DNA of 25,523 nucleotides from a virus (Duplodnaviria; Caudoviricetes). The position numbers and the translations under genes were made by a program. Position 1 is the stretch's first letter. Each line of letters begins with the position of its first letter. The notes below the pieces were generated by a model. It did no database searches. It was not told the origin of the DNA and saw only the letters and a list, made by a program, of their open reading frames with translations. The DNA lies in IMG/VR virus record IMGVR_UViG_3300006193_000048, positions 1 through 25,523 of that record. One strand, 5' to 3'. Below are positions 7,516 to 16,013 of this stretch, piece by piece.

Positions 7516-10500
7516 ATGTTTGGACAAGGAACACGACTTAACTTGCAGGGCTTAAATAATCTAGCTACAAACCAGCAAGGTACAATACCACCCTCGCAGG
7601 CGCAGGCAATAAAAGACGCTATGATGAAACAGGCTATGCAAGAACAAACCTTGCCTAATCAGCAAGGTATGATGCAGACTCCTGCCCCTAATCAACAGGG
7701 TACGATACCACCCTCGCAGGCGCAGGCAATAAAAAATGCCATGATGAAACAAGCTATGCAAAACAACACACCTAACAAACAAGTTAATTCAATAGGAGCA
7801 GGGCGTGTGTCGGCAGGTGGTGGCCCACAACCAACACAACAAGGTATGATGCAGACTTCTGCTTCTAATCCTTACGCCGACACAAGTAAATGGTCTGATG
7901 CTAATTGGGCTACTGCGTTAGAAGGTAACCTTCCAACTTTACAAAGTGGTGCTTATAGCAACTTAACAACAGACCAAACAAACGCCATACTCAAAAAAGA
8001 CCCTAACTTTTTTATAAATTTGTTAAAAAAGGGTGATAGTTCATTTTCACAAACAGAGAACAATAATCGTAATTCACTAACTAATTACTCCGGCCCTGCT
8101 TTTACTAACACTGACGATGTATATGGCTATATGGATAGCCTTAACATTGACGAAAATCTTGATGCGTTTGGTGGCAGAAGCGGAAAGCTAAGTGGTAACG
8201 GTAGTTTGATGAACGGCGGCAGTTCTTTGTCCAGCGTTAACTCTGGTACTCGCGCTACTCAACATGACTTTGTAAATAATCAGTATGTACAACAAGGTAA
8301 AATGCCTATTTACGAAGACGGCGATGCAATATACGTACTAAACACAGGGTTTGGGGATAACCGTCCAGACTTAGGTGAAGATGAATTAGGTAACAAATTA
8401 AAGTTTGACGGACACGGCGGATACTATCACAAATCAGGTGGCGCAGGAAAAGGAGAGTATCAGAAGTACGTAAAACAGAACAAGCAGGGTCCAGATACTG
8501 ACGCGTTCTTTGACCAAGTTATGCCTGTTGTAATGGCAGTAGCGCAGGCTACGTTTATAGGGGCGGCGGCGGCCCCAGCAGGAGCAGCTCTAGGGGGTAC
8601 TACAGCCGGAGCCACCGCAGGAACTGTAGTGCCAACTCTAGGTGCAAACGTTATAACAGGTGCTTTAACAGGCGCAGGTACAACCGCTTTAAGCCAAGCA
8701 ACGTCAGGACAAGGTTTTGATTTAACCGACATTGCTGTGGCAGGACTTAAAGGTGGGGTTGGTGGTGCAACAAGCGGGATGATAAGCGATTATGCGTCAT
8801 ACGCAGGTGGGGGTTTTGAGACAGGTGCTATAGAAGGAGCTGGTAATGCTTTTGTTTCAGGTGCAATGGAAGGTGAGTTTGACTTAGAAAATATTGCGTA
8901 TGGCGGCTTAATTGGAGGAGGTATTCAATCCCTTAAAGATGGCTTTAATGATGTATTCCAAACAGATGACATAGCAGACTTAGCTAGACAAGAACTAGGA
9001 AAACCTGAGTGGAACTATCTTGATATGACAGATGCTCAGATAGCAGGCATGTCACCCGAGGCAATAGCCGATTATGCAACTCGAGAAACTGCGTTTGGAG
9101 AACACATAGCAAAACTTCATAAGACTACAGACTTTGGAAAATTATTTGGAGAAGAAGGTCTTTTAAATAAAATGGGGTTTGACACCGAGTATCTAAGTAC
9201 AGCACCAATATCAAACACATTAGAGTTTTTAGCAACCCCTTTTAACGTTGCTTCAGAGTTTTTGGGCGGTGACGCATTGTACGCACCGTCTGCTGCTGGC
9301 GATAAATGGGATGAGGCGTTTAGACAAGAATGGTTTGAGAAGACAAACCACCTGTACGGCGAAGCGTTTGCAGATACGTATTACTCGGACGAGGACAAGC
9401 GTAACTTTCCAGAACACGCCCAAGCACTGGAAGACCATAAAAGGGGTGCGTTAGAGGCTGCGATGGGGCTAGAAGAATACCTAGGTTATAACTCACGTAC
9501 AGGCGAATACGAAAACTCTAATTATGATTTAGTTGGTATGGCGCAATCTCAGGCATCTAATCAAGACTTAGATTTTTTTAGAGATGTTAATTATATAGAC
9601 CCAGACAACCCTGACCACCGTGGGAATCTAGAATCTCAGGATTGGGTAGACGGAGTCCTTTCTGACCTTGACGCAGGAAGTATTACTGAAGGAGATGCGC
9701 TTAACTCGTTAAACAGCGCCGCAGATTACAACTTCCAACAAAATGTTCGTTATGACGAAAGATTTTCTGCGTGGGCGCCCCGTAGTGATTCAATTCCGTG
9801 GACGCACATTCAAGAAACAGACCCAATGGCGGGAGCAAGATTTAATACACCAAGCGGGAACCGACCGGGAAGAATAGATTATTTAAAAGATAAAGTAACT
9901 TCAATCCCCAAAGAAGCAGCAAACTTTATAGGTGACGTAGAAGGAATGTTATCGTCTGGAGCAGAATCATGGTCAGATGCAATTAACATAGTAACTGATG
10001 CTTACGATGCTTGGGAGTCAGGCGCGTCTGGGTTATCTGACAGCGCTGATTTTGAAAGTTACATGGAACAGAACTTACAGGCTAGTAATAGCCCTAACGA
10101 ACTGTATGCAAATTTAGGAGTAGACCCCGATTTAACAGAAGGAAGTATAGAAAGTCAGTTACCTGAAGGTGACACTGGTGGGGAACAAGCTAGTTCATTT
10201 TTACAAAACGCTATAGATGCGTTAACAGGAAAAGCAACAAAAGACAGAGAAAACGCGGCCCTAGAAGCTGCTGGTTATCCTCAAGAAACCGTGTTACCTA
10301 ATGGCCCACCCCCTAATTCAAATTTTCTTGACGAGGCGTTTGGTTACGGTGATGAAAATGTATTGCCTCAAGAACAGACAATAAAAGACGAGATGATGAG
10401 ACGGGCTATGCAAGAACAAGCCTTGTCTAATCAACAGGAAAATAGAGGAAGTGAAGACGTATTGCCCATAGGTAATGAAGGTGGTGAAGGCGTATTGCCC

Positions 10501-10896
10501 ATAGGTAATGAAGGTGGTGAAGACGTATTGCCTAATGGGGAGGTATTGCCACTATCTTATAACGACCAACCAGTATCGGAGGTATTGCCACCAACGCCAC
10601 CATCCGGAGGAGGAGGAGGAGGAGGAGGAGGAGGAGGAGAAAATAAAAGACAACAAAAAGCAGAACAAGATAACTACATGATTGACAAAGAGTTGTATCG
10701 TTTAGCTAGAATTACTCAAATCATTTCTTTGTCTGAAGGAGACTTAGCTTCTGTTCAGAAACGCATGGCAGTGTTGCGGGAACAGAAAGAAGCAATTGCT
10801 GGTGACATTGTTGGAGCAGTACAGAAAAAATCTGGCAGGTATATTAAGCAAACTTACGAAGAAGATGGGCGTGGTAGAAGAACTCGTAACGCATAA
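7516..10896 (+). CDS. 1126-aa low-complexity virion-associated protein, possible ejection/internal protein
   Basis: Long ORF with AGGA SD. Q/M/P-rich repeats at the N-terminus, a Gly/Ala-rich hydrophobic segment (about 8506-8925), an acidic middle, VLP repeats and a Gly11 linker before a basic C-terminal end. The function is inferred. Confidence 0.6.
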   Translation: MFGQGTRLNLQGLNNLATNQQGTIPPSQAQAIKDAMMKQAMQEQTLPNQQGMMQTPAPNQQGTIPPSQAQAIKNAMMKQAMQNNTPNKQVNSIGAGRVSAGGGPQPTQQGMMQTSASNPYADTSKWSDANWATALEGNLPTLQSGAYSNLTTDQTNAILKKDPNFFINLLKKGDSSFSQTENNNRNSLTNYSGPAFTNTDDVYGYMDSLNIDENLDAFGGRSGKLSGNGSLMNGGSSLSSVNSGTRATQHDFVNNQYVQQGKMPIYEDGDAIYVLNTGFGDNRPDLGEDELGNKLKFDGHGGYYHKSGGAGKGEYQKYVKQNKQGPDTDAFFDQVMPVVMAVAQATFIGAAAAPAGAALGGTTAGATAGTVVPTLGANVITGALTGAGTTALSQATSGQGFDLTDIAVAGLKGGVGGATSGMISDYASYAGGGFETGAIEGAGNAFVSGAMEGEFDLENIAYGGLIGGGIQSLKDGFNDVFQTDDIADLARQELGKPEWNYLDMTDAQIAGMSPEAIADYATRETAFGEHIAKLHKTTDFGKLFGEEGLLNKMGFDTEYLSTAPISNTLEFLATPFNVASEFLGGDALYAPSAAGDKWDEAFRQEWFEKTNHLYGEAFADTYYSDEDKRNFPEHAQALEDHKRGALEAAMGLEEYLGYNSRTGEYENSNYDLVGMAQSQASNQDLDFFRDVNYIDPDNPDHRGNLESQDWVDGVLSDLDAGSITEGDALNSLNSAADYNFQQNVRYDERFSAWAPRSDSIPWTHIQETDPMAGARFNTPSGNRPGRIDYLKDKVTSIPKEAANFIGDVEGMLSSGAESWSDAINIVTDAYDAWESGASGLSDSADFESYMEQNLQASNSPNELYANLGVDPDLTEGSIESQLPEGDTGGEQASSFLQNAIDALTGKATKDRENAALEAAGYPQETVLPNGPPPNSNFLDEAFGYGDENVLPQEQTIKDEMMRRAMQEQALSNQQENRGSEDVLPIGNEGGEGVLPIGNEGGEDVLPNGEVLPLSYNDQPVSEVLPPTPPSGGGGGGGGGGGENKRQQKAEQDNYMIDKELYRLARITQIISLSEGDLASVQKRMAVLREQKEAIAGDIVGAVQKKSGRYIKQTYEEDGRGRRTRNA
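7570..7761 (+). repeat. Direct repeat with 120-bp period (NQQGTIPPSQAQAIK.AMMKQAMQ x2)
   Basis: 7570-7641 matches 7690-7761. In addition CAAGGTATGATGCAGACT occurs identically at 7663 and 7840. Confidence 0.92.
10381..10436 (+). repeat. Distant third copy of the N-terminal repeat (matches 7609-7664)
   Basis: 49/56 identical bases by hand alignment. The offset is 2772 bp, which is in frame. Confidence 0.88.
10451..10532 (+). repeat. 33-bp tandem repeat x2.5 (EDVLPIGNEGG)
   Basis: GTGAAG[A/G]CGTATTGCCCATAGGTAATGAAGGTG at 10451 and 10484, partial copy at 10517. Confidence 0.92.
10606..10638 (+). repeat. (GGA)11 microsatellite encoding Gly11
   Basis: Uninterrupted run of GGA triplets, counted directly. 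Confidence 0.95.
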
Positions 10897-10911
10897 CATA
10901 GGAACTAACAA

Positions 10912-11778
10912 ATGACATATCTACAATTAATAAATAGCGTATTAGTTCGACTTAGAGAAGAACAAATTACGGCTGAACAGCTTGATGGTGCTGCTAATCC
11001 TTACTGGGCTTTTATAGGAAGTGCTGTAAATGACGCTAAAGACAGAGTAGAAGATGCGTGGCAGTGGGGTGCTTTACGAGGCACAGATTCTGTTATACTT
11101 GACGATACTAATGTAAACAATTTTATCTTGGACCAAGGTGTGTATACTCAGTTTAACTATTACGAAGGAAATACAATAGCTTTGCCTAAGTCTATTGATA
11201 GCCACTACATAATTCATGGTGTTTATAGTTTTCCGTTAGTTTTGGATGGGTTTTTTATGTTACAGGATAAGACTCAACCTATAAATAATATGTCTTGGAT
11301 TACAACAGAAGCCATGCGTAATTACTATCAAACCCCTAATCCGGCGATTACAGGAAGACCTACTTCTTTCGCTATTACAGGCGAAACAAGCGGGTCAAGA
11401 CCTTCTGTACCAACCGGAGGAAATTTTAGTTTAGAAGGCTCAATAGAGCTTACAGTTTGGCCCCCTTCGCCTGTAAATAGTGGTTCTACTGCTCCTCAAG
11501 CTAAGTGGGGTATTGGCATAGACAGAACAAGCCACCAGGCACCGTTAGTAAATGCTAATGATAGAATTTTAGTCCCCTCACTTCCCGTTTTTACTCTTGC
11601 CACTGCGCTTGCCTCTCGCGAGCGTGGGGAAGTGAGTGGGGCACCTACCTCTGAATTGTTTATGACAGCCGATAGGCACCTTAGTGATGCTATTGCACAA
11701 GACAGCGCCTTATATGCTAATGAATTAAACTGGTACGCCAATGACCAAGACTACAATACAAACGTGAGATTTGCTTAA
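10912..11778 (+). CDS. Head-tail adaptor (tail tubular protein A-like)
   Basis: MTYLQLINSVLVRLRE N-terminus, VNDAKDRVEDAWQW and C-terminal A.RERGE...LSDAIAQD. Precedes the nozzle gene. Confidence 0.75.
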   Translation: MTYLQLINSVLVRLREEQITAEQLDGAANPYWAFIGSAVNDAKDRVEDAWQWGALRGTDSVILDDTNVNNFILDQGVYTQFNYYEGNTIALPKSIDSHYIIHGVYSFPLVLDGFFMLQDKTQPINNMSWITTEAMRNYYQTPNPAITGRPTSFAITGETSGSRPSVPTGGNFSLEGSIELTVWPPSPVNSGSTAPQAKWGIGIDRTSHQAPLVNANDRILVPSLPVFTLATALASRERGEVSGAPTSELFMTADRHLSDAIAQDSALYANELNWYANDQDYNTNVRFA

Positions 11779-13424
11779 TGCCACAACAACAAATAAATAT
11801 TCCGTTACCTTCTCCTGGTTTTGGTGGTTTAAATACAGAAGACTCTCCTCTTACGTCAGACCCTAGTTTTTGTGCTGTTGCGAATAACTGTACAATAGAT
11901 AAATTAGGAAGACTGTCTAGCCGCAAAGGGTTTAAGTATTTAACAACAAACCCTACTGTTCTAGGAACTTCTTTTATTGCTGTAATTGGCGAGTTTATTA
12001 AAGAAGATACTGGCGTGTCTACAATATTTGCCTGCGGTAACAACAAAATATTTATTCAACAAACAGTTGCTCCTTTTGAGTTAGTAGAGCAAACACTTCC
12101 AGTAAATTACACTGTTGGTGGTAATAATTGGCAGATGGCACAACTAAACGATAAAATGTATTTTGTACAAGTAGGGCAAAATCCTCTTGTATACGCAGGA
12201 GGAACATGGGCAGAAGTTAACATGGCGGGTATTGCGGGTACTGACGGTAATCCTAGTTGTGTTCACGCAGCGTTTGGGCGCCTTTGGTTTGCTGGTTTTA
12301 GTAATAACCCTACTTCAGTTTCTTGGTCTAGTATTTTAAACGGAACAGTATGGAACGCAGGCGGCTCAGGTTCTTTGCAAACTTCAGAATATTGGCCTTC
12401 CGGCTACGGAACAATAACAGCTATTACAGCACACAACAATTTTTTAGTTATTTTTGGTGAGAACAACATTTTAGTATACAGCACTACAAGTGACGTAGTA
12501 AACAGTTTACGTCTTTCAGATACAATAGAAGGCATTGGGTGTCTTGCTAGAGACAGCCTAGTTCCTACAGGAGAAGACTTTATGTTTTGTGATGCGTCTG
12601 GTATCCGTTCTTTAAATAGAACGTTACAGGATAGCACACTGCCTTTAAATGATGTATCTTCTAACATACGAAGTGACATACAAGCGGCTATTGTTAGTGA
12701 GCAGGCGTCTGAAATTCAAGGTATTTTTCATAAAGAGGACAGCTTTTATTGTTGTTTTTTTAGAAGTAGTAATTCTGCTTACGTTTTTGACACATGGCAA
12801 CCACTACAAACAGGTGCATTTAGAGCAACTCGTTGGGACATTTTAAAGGTAGGTTGTGGGTTACGCACTAGAAATAGAACAACTTTATTTGGAGGCTCTG
12901 GGGGTGTTTATGTATACACGGGCGCAGAAGATGTTACTTTAGACTCAGGAGGAGCTGCTGTTGCGACTAAAATACTTATGGAATATCAAAGTAATCCTTT
13001 AAATCTAGGTTCTCCAGTAAATGTGCTTTTTCCTAAACAAGTAGACGTTACTGTGATAGGTGGTTTAGCAGGAACTTTAACTCTTAATTGGGGGTTTAAC
13101 TTTAATAGTGCTGTTAATAACTCTATTGAAAAAAACATAAATAATAGACCTGCGTTTAGCAACTGGACGCCTTACGATGCAGTAGTAGGTGTACCCTTGT
13201 TACCATTACCCAACCCAACAGGAGCAGTCGAGTGGGTACAAGCTACGCCCCAAGCTAACGCAAGAGTAGGAGAATACGGTGTTACTAACGAACTTACTGA
13301 GTTAAAATATAACGTGTGGGGCAGTGGTCGTAATATATCTATTGGTTTTACTTCTAATGTTACAGGAAGTTTAATTAGCATACAAGAAATAAACATACAA
13401 GCACTCCAAGGGAGAATTTTATAA
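11778..13424 (+). CDS. Tail nozzle / stabilisation protein (tail tubular protein B or P22 gp10-like)
   Basis: PGFGGLNTEDS start, beta-propeller-type motifs (GRLWFAG, FLVIFG, GIGCLARDS, GIRSL), 548 aa. TAATG coupling with the adaptor gene. Confidence 0.78.
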   Translation: MPQQQINIPLPSPGFGGLNTEDSPLTSDPSFCAVANNCTIDKLGRLSSRKGFKYLTTNPTVLGTSFIAVIGEFIKEDTGVSTIFACGNNKIFIQQTVAPFELVEQTLPVNYTVGGNNWQMAQLNDKMYFVQVGQNPLVYAGGTWAEVNMAGIAGTDGNPSCVHAAFGRLWFAGFSNNPTSVSWSSILNGTVWNAGGSGSLQTSEYWPSGYGTITAITAHNNFLVIFGENNILVYSTTSDVVNSLRLSDTIEGIGCLARDSLVPTGEDFMFCDASGIRSLNRTLQDSTLPLNDVSSNIRSDIQAAIVSEQASEIQGIFHKEDSFYCCFFRSSNSAYVFDTWQPLQTGAFRATRWDILKVGCGLRTRNRTTLFGGSGGVYVYTGAEDVTLDSGGAAVATKILMEYQSNPLNLGSPVNVLFPKQVDVTVIGGLAGTLTLNWGFNFNSAVNNSIEKNINNRPAFSNWTPYDAVVGVPLLPLPNPTGAVEWVQATPQANARVGEYGVTNELTELKYNVWGSGRNISIGFTSNVTGSLISIQEINIQALQGRIL

Positions 13425-13639
13425 TGACAACTTACACTTATCCAACAAGTCCGAATATAACATTTGGGGCAAGGGATTTAAAAGCTCCTAGCGACCCTGC
13501 AAAACGTATATCTGGGTCTGCTTTTGACGTTGAGTTTAGCGCAATATCAACTTTTAGTAACCAGACTTTAAGTAACGTAAACCCCTCTTTCACTGGTACT
13601 ATGACAGGCGGTGGTGTAGTTGATGGAGGGACGTTCTGA
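13424..13639 (+). CDS. Short tail-associated protein (fibre anchor or needle-like)
   Basis: F..RD....DP.K.I.G..FD.EF..I and PSFTG motifs resemble fibre N-terminal anchors. Ends in DGGTF; translationally coupled on both sides. Confidence 0.6.
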   Translation: MTTYTYPTSPNITFGARDLKAPSDPAKRISGSAFDVEFSAISTFSNQTLSNVNPSFTGTMTGGGVVDGGTF

Positions 13640-14676
13640 TGCCGACTCCAGCAGAAGCTACCTCTTGGTGGGATAATTGGGGCGGCTCTGCCGCTGGCAT
13701 AGCAGCGGGTGCTTACGGTTATAATAAACTTCAAGGGAATATGGATAATAACCGTCAAAATACCAATGCGTATTTAGACACAGCAAAAGCTGACATTACA
13801 GGGTACGGTACTTTCCAACCTTGGGGTGTCTCAAGTGGTCTGGGTTCCACAAACTATGACCCTGCAACCGGACAGATGACGAATGCTTTGTCAAGCGGTC
13901 AACAAGCAAACGTAGACAATATGCAAACTGGAGCTAACAGTATGTTTGCTTCTTCACAAAGCATGGACCCGCGTTTTAATAATATGTATAACCAAAATCA
14001 GGGTTTTCAACAGCAAGCTAACCAAAGAGGCAGTGGTGCCTATAATGCCTCTAACGCCGCAATGCAGAACTCACTACAAAACACATCGCAAAGAGAATCA
14101 GATATATATGGTCGTATGCGTGACATGCAACGTCCAGAAGAACAAAGACAACAAGACTCTATGAATGCAGGGTTGTTTGGTTCTGGTCGAGGAGGCATGT
14201 CTACAGAGGCTTATGGCGGTTCTCCTGAACAATTTGCTTTTGGTAAGGCACAATCCGAAGCAAGAAACCAAGCATCTATGCAAGCAATGGGACAAGCTCA
14301 AACAGAAATGATGAACCAAGCTAACATGGCTAATCAGTATGGTAGTTTGTCTAATCAATATGGTTCACAAGCTGCACAGTATAATCAATTAGGACAGTCA
14401 GCTCTTACGGCTGGCGGTAACTATCAGAATGTGCAGTCGCAGATGGGCAACCAAATGTTCCAAAATCAATACATGCCGTATCAACAAATGCAAGGGTTTG
14501 GTAATCAAGGCTTACAACAAGGACAAATAACGTCCAGCGCAAATCAAAACACGGCTGGTCTGTTAGCACAATTAGGTATAGGCCGAAGCACTGCTGACGT
14601 TAACTACGCTAACGCAGAAAGCCAGAACCTTGTTGGTCTGTTACGTATGTTAGGTGGGATAGGAGGGGGAACATAA
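13639..14676 (+). CDS. Putative internal virion / DNA ejection protein (Gln/Gly/Asn-rich)
   Basis: Q/G/N/M-rich helical sequence with Gly-rich hydrophobic ends. Located after the tail genes, as P22/T7 ejection genes are. Confidence 0.65.
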   Translation: MPTPAEATSWWDNWGGSAAGIAAGAYGYNKLQGNMDNNRQNTNAYLDTAKADITGYGTFQPWGVSSGLGSTNYDPATGQMTNALSSGQQANVDNMQTGANSMFASSQSMDPRFNNMYNQNQGFQQQANQRGSGAYNASNAAMQNSLQNTSQRESDIYGRMRDMQRPEEQRQQDSMNAGLFGSGRGGMSTEAYGGSPEQFAFGKAQSEARNQASMQAMGQAQTEMMNQANMANQYGSLSNQYGSQAAQYNQLGQSALTAGGNYQNVQSQMGNQMFQNQYMPYQQMQGFGNQGLQQGQITSSANQNTAGLLAQLGIGRSTADVNYANAESQNLVGLLRMLGGIGGGT

Positions 14677-16013
14677 TGGCTGCTGACTTATCAGGAATGT
14701 TTGCACAAATGAACAACGCAATTAAAGCGCAACCGCTGCCTAGTGGTGTGCCTTTAGATGTATTTTCTAGGGGCGCAGGTAACTTAGCAGGTACTCTGTC
14801 AGGGGGAACAATAGATAATTACTCTATGATGACTCCTGAAGCTAGGCAGGCCCAAGGTCGTGGTGATTTAGCTGAACAAGATTTATCTACCGCTGACGGA
14901 TTAGAGGCTGCTGCTAATATTTATGCTAAAATAGGTAACAATAAAGAATCAATGGCAGCAGGAGCATTAGCTAATGATAGGAGAATAGCTGAAGACGCTA
15001 AACTTAAAGAACAACAAACAAGAGAAAGTTTAGCTAAGAGAGCCACTGCTGTTGGAAGACCAGGATTAGCTTCAAGTATACTAGCAGGGGCTAGCGACAT
15101 TCCACAAGACCAGAAAACAGTCACTGAATTAGAGACTGAAAAATTGGTAATAAAAGGAGGTTTACCTGCTCGGAGAGCGTTAGCTGTAAATGCTGGAATT
15201 ACTAAGGAACAGTTTGATGCTCAAGACCTTGGCGACTTAACTGTGCAACAGTTCCAAAACGTACTAAGTGGCAGAAAAGGTGATGCAAAAGCATATCAAA
15301 TGACAGGCGTAGGCCCTGTTTCAATGCGAACAAATGAATACGGTTATGTCTTTGACCCTAAAGACAACACATGGAAAGAACCTTCTGCAATGGGCTTATC
15401 TGCTAATGTGGCACTACAAAAAATTACAAACATTTCTAATAATGTAGTAGAAAAGTTAGCTTTAGGTGGCGTAGATAATTTTATAGACCTCTATAATAAC
15501 GTAAGAGATGACGTTGCTGTTTTAGATATTATTGATAGGAACTTAGCGTTAATTCCTGATATGGCTACAGGAGCTACAGCACCTATAGAACAGTGGATGT
15601 TAGAAATGGGCGCAGAACTAGGCGTAGAAAACACCGCTGCAAATCAACAAGAATACATGGCAAACATTGGTAAATTAGTCGGAAAAGAAATTACGGCTTT
15701 TGGTTCTGGAACAGGATTGTCAGATAAAGATATGGAGTTCGCAAAAGATATTGCTGGTGCTAACCCTGTAAACACACCCGAAGCTCTTACACGTATTCTT
15801 AAAATGCGTAAACAAGCGATAATAAATATGCGTAAACAGTTTACAGATACAAAGGCTTTCCTTAAAAAGTCACCATTTTTATCAGGTCAGACTGAAGTTT
15901 TAGATGCTTTTATAGTGCCTGAACAAACAGCCGCCGCTACTCCTACACAGGAACCTTTTTGGGACGTAGCAACAGGAACAATGATATACCCAGAAACACC
16001 GGAGGTTAAGTAA
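14676..16013 (+). CDS. Putative internal virion / DNA ejection protein
   Basis: 445-aa Ala-rich helical protein with a GSGTGLSDKD motif. TAATG coupling within the ejection cluster. Confidence 0.6.
   Translation: MAADLSGMFAQMNNAIKAQPLPSGVPLDVFSRGAGNLAGTLSGGTIDNYSMMTPEARQAQGRGDLAEQDLSTADGLEAAANIYAKIGNNKESMAAGALANDRRIAEDAKLKEQQTRESLAKRATAVGRPGLASSILAGASDIPQDQKTVTELETEKLVIKGGLPARRALAVNAGITKEQFDAQDLGDLTVQQFQNVLSGRKGDAKAYQMTGVGPVSMRTNEYGYVFDPKDNTWKEPSAMGLSANVALQKITNISNNVVEKLALGGVDNFIDLYNNVRDDVAVLDIIDRNLALIPDMATGATAPIEQWMLEMGAELGVENTAANQQEYMANIGKLVGKEITAFGSGTGLSDKDMEFAKDIAGANPVNTPEALTRILKMRKQAIINMRKQFTDTKAFLKKSPFLSGQTEVLDAFIVPEQTAAATPTQEPFWDVATGTMIYPETPEVK

Noticed and set aside
7494-7517. TTGACC...TATAAT promoter before the 1126-aa gene
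   Set aside because: The spacer is only 12 bp and TATAAT overlaps the start codon.
7609-10436. Repeat pair as a diversity-generating retroelement TR/VR
   Set aside because: The mismatches are not confined to adenines (C/A, T/G, C/T and G/A occur), both copies are coding, and no reverse transcriptase is in the window.
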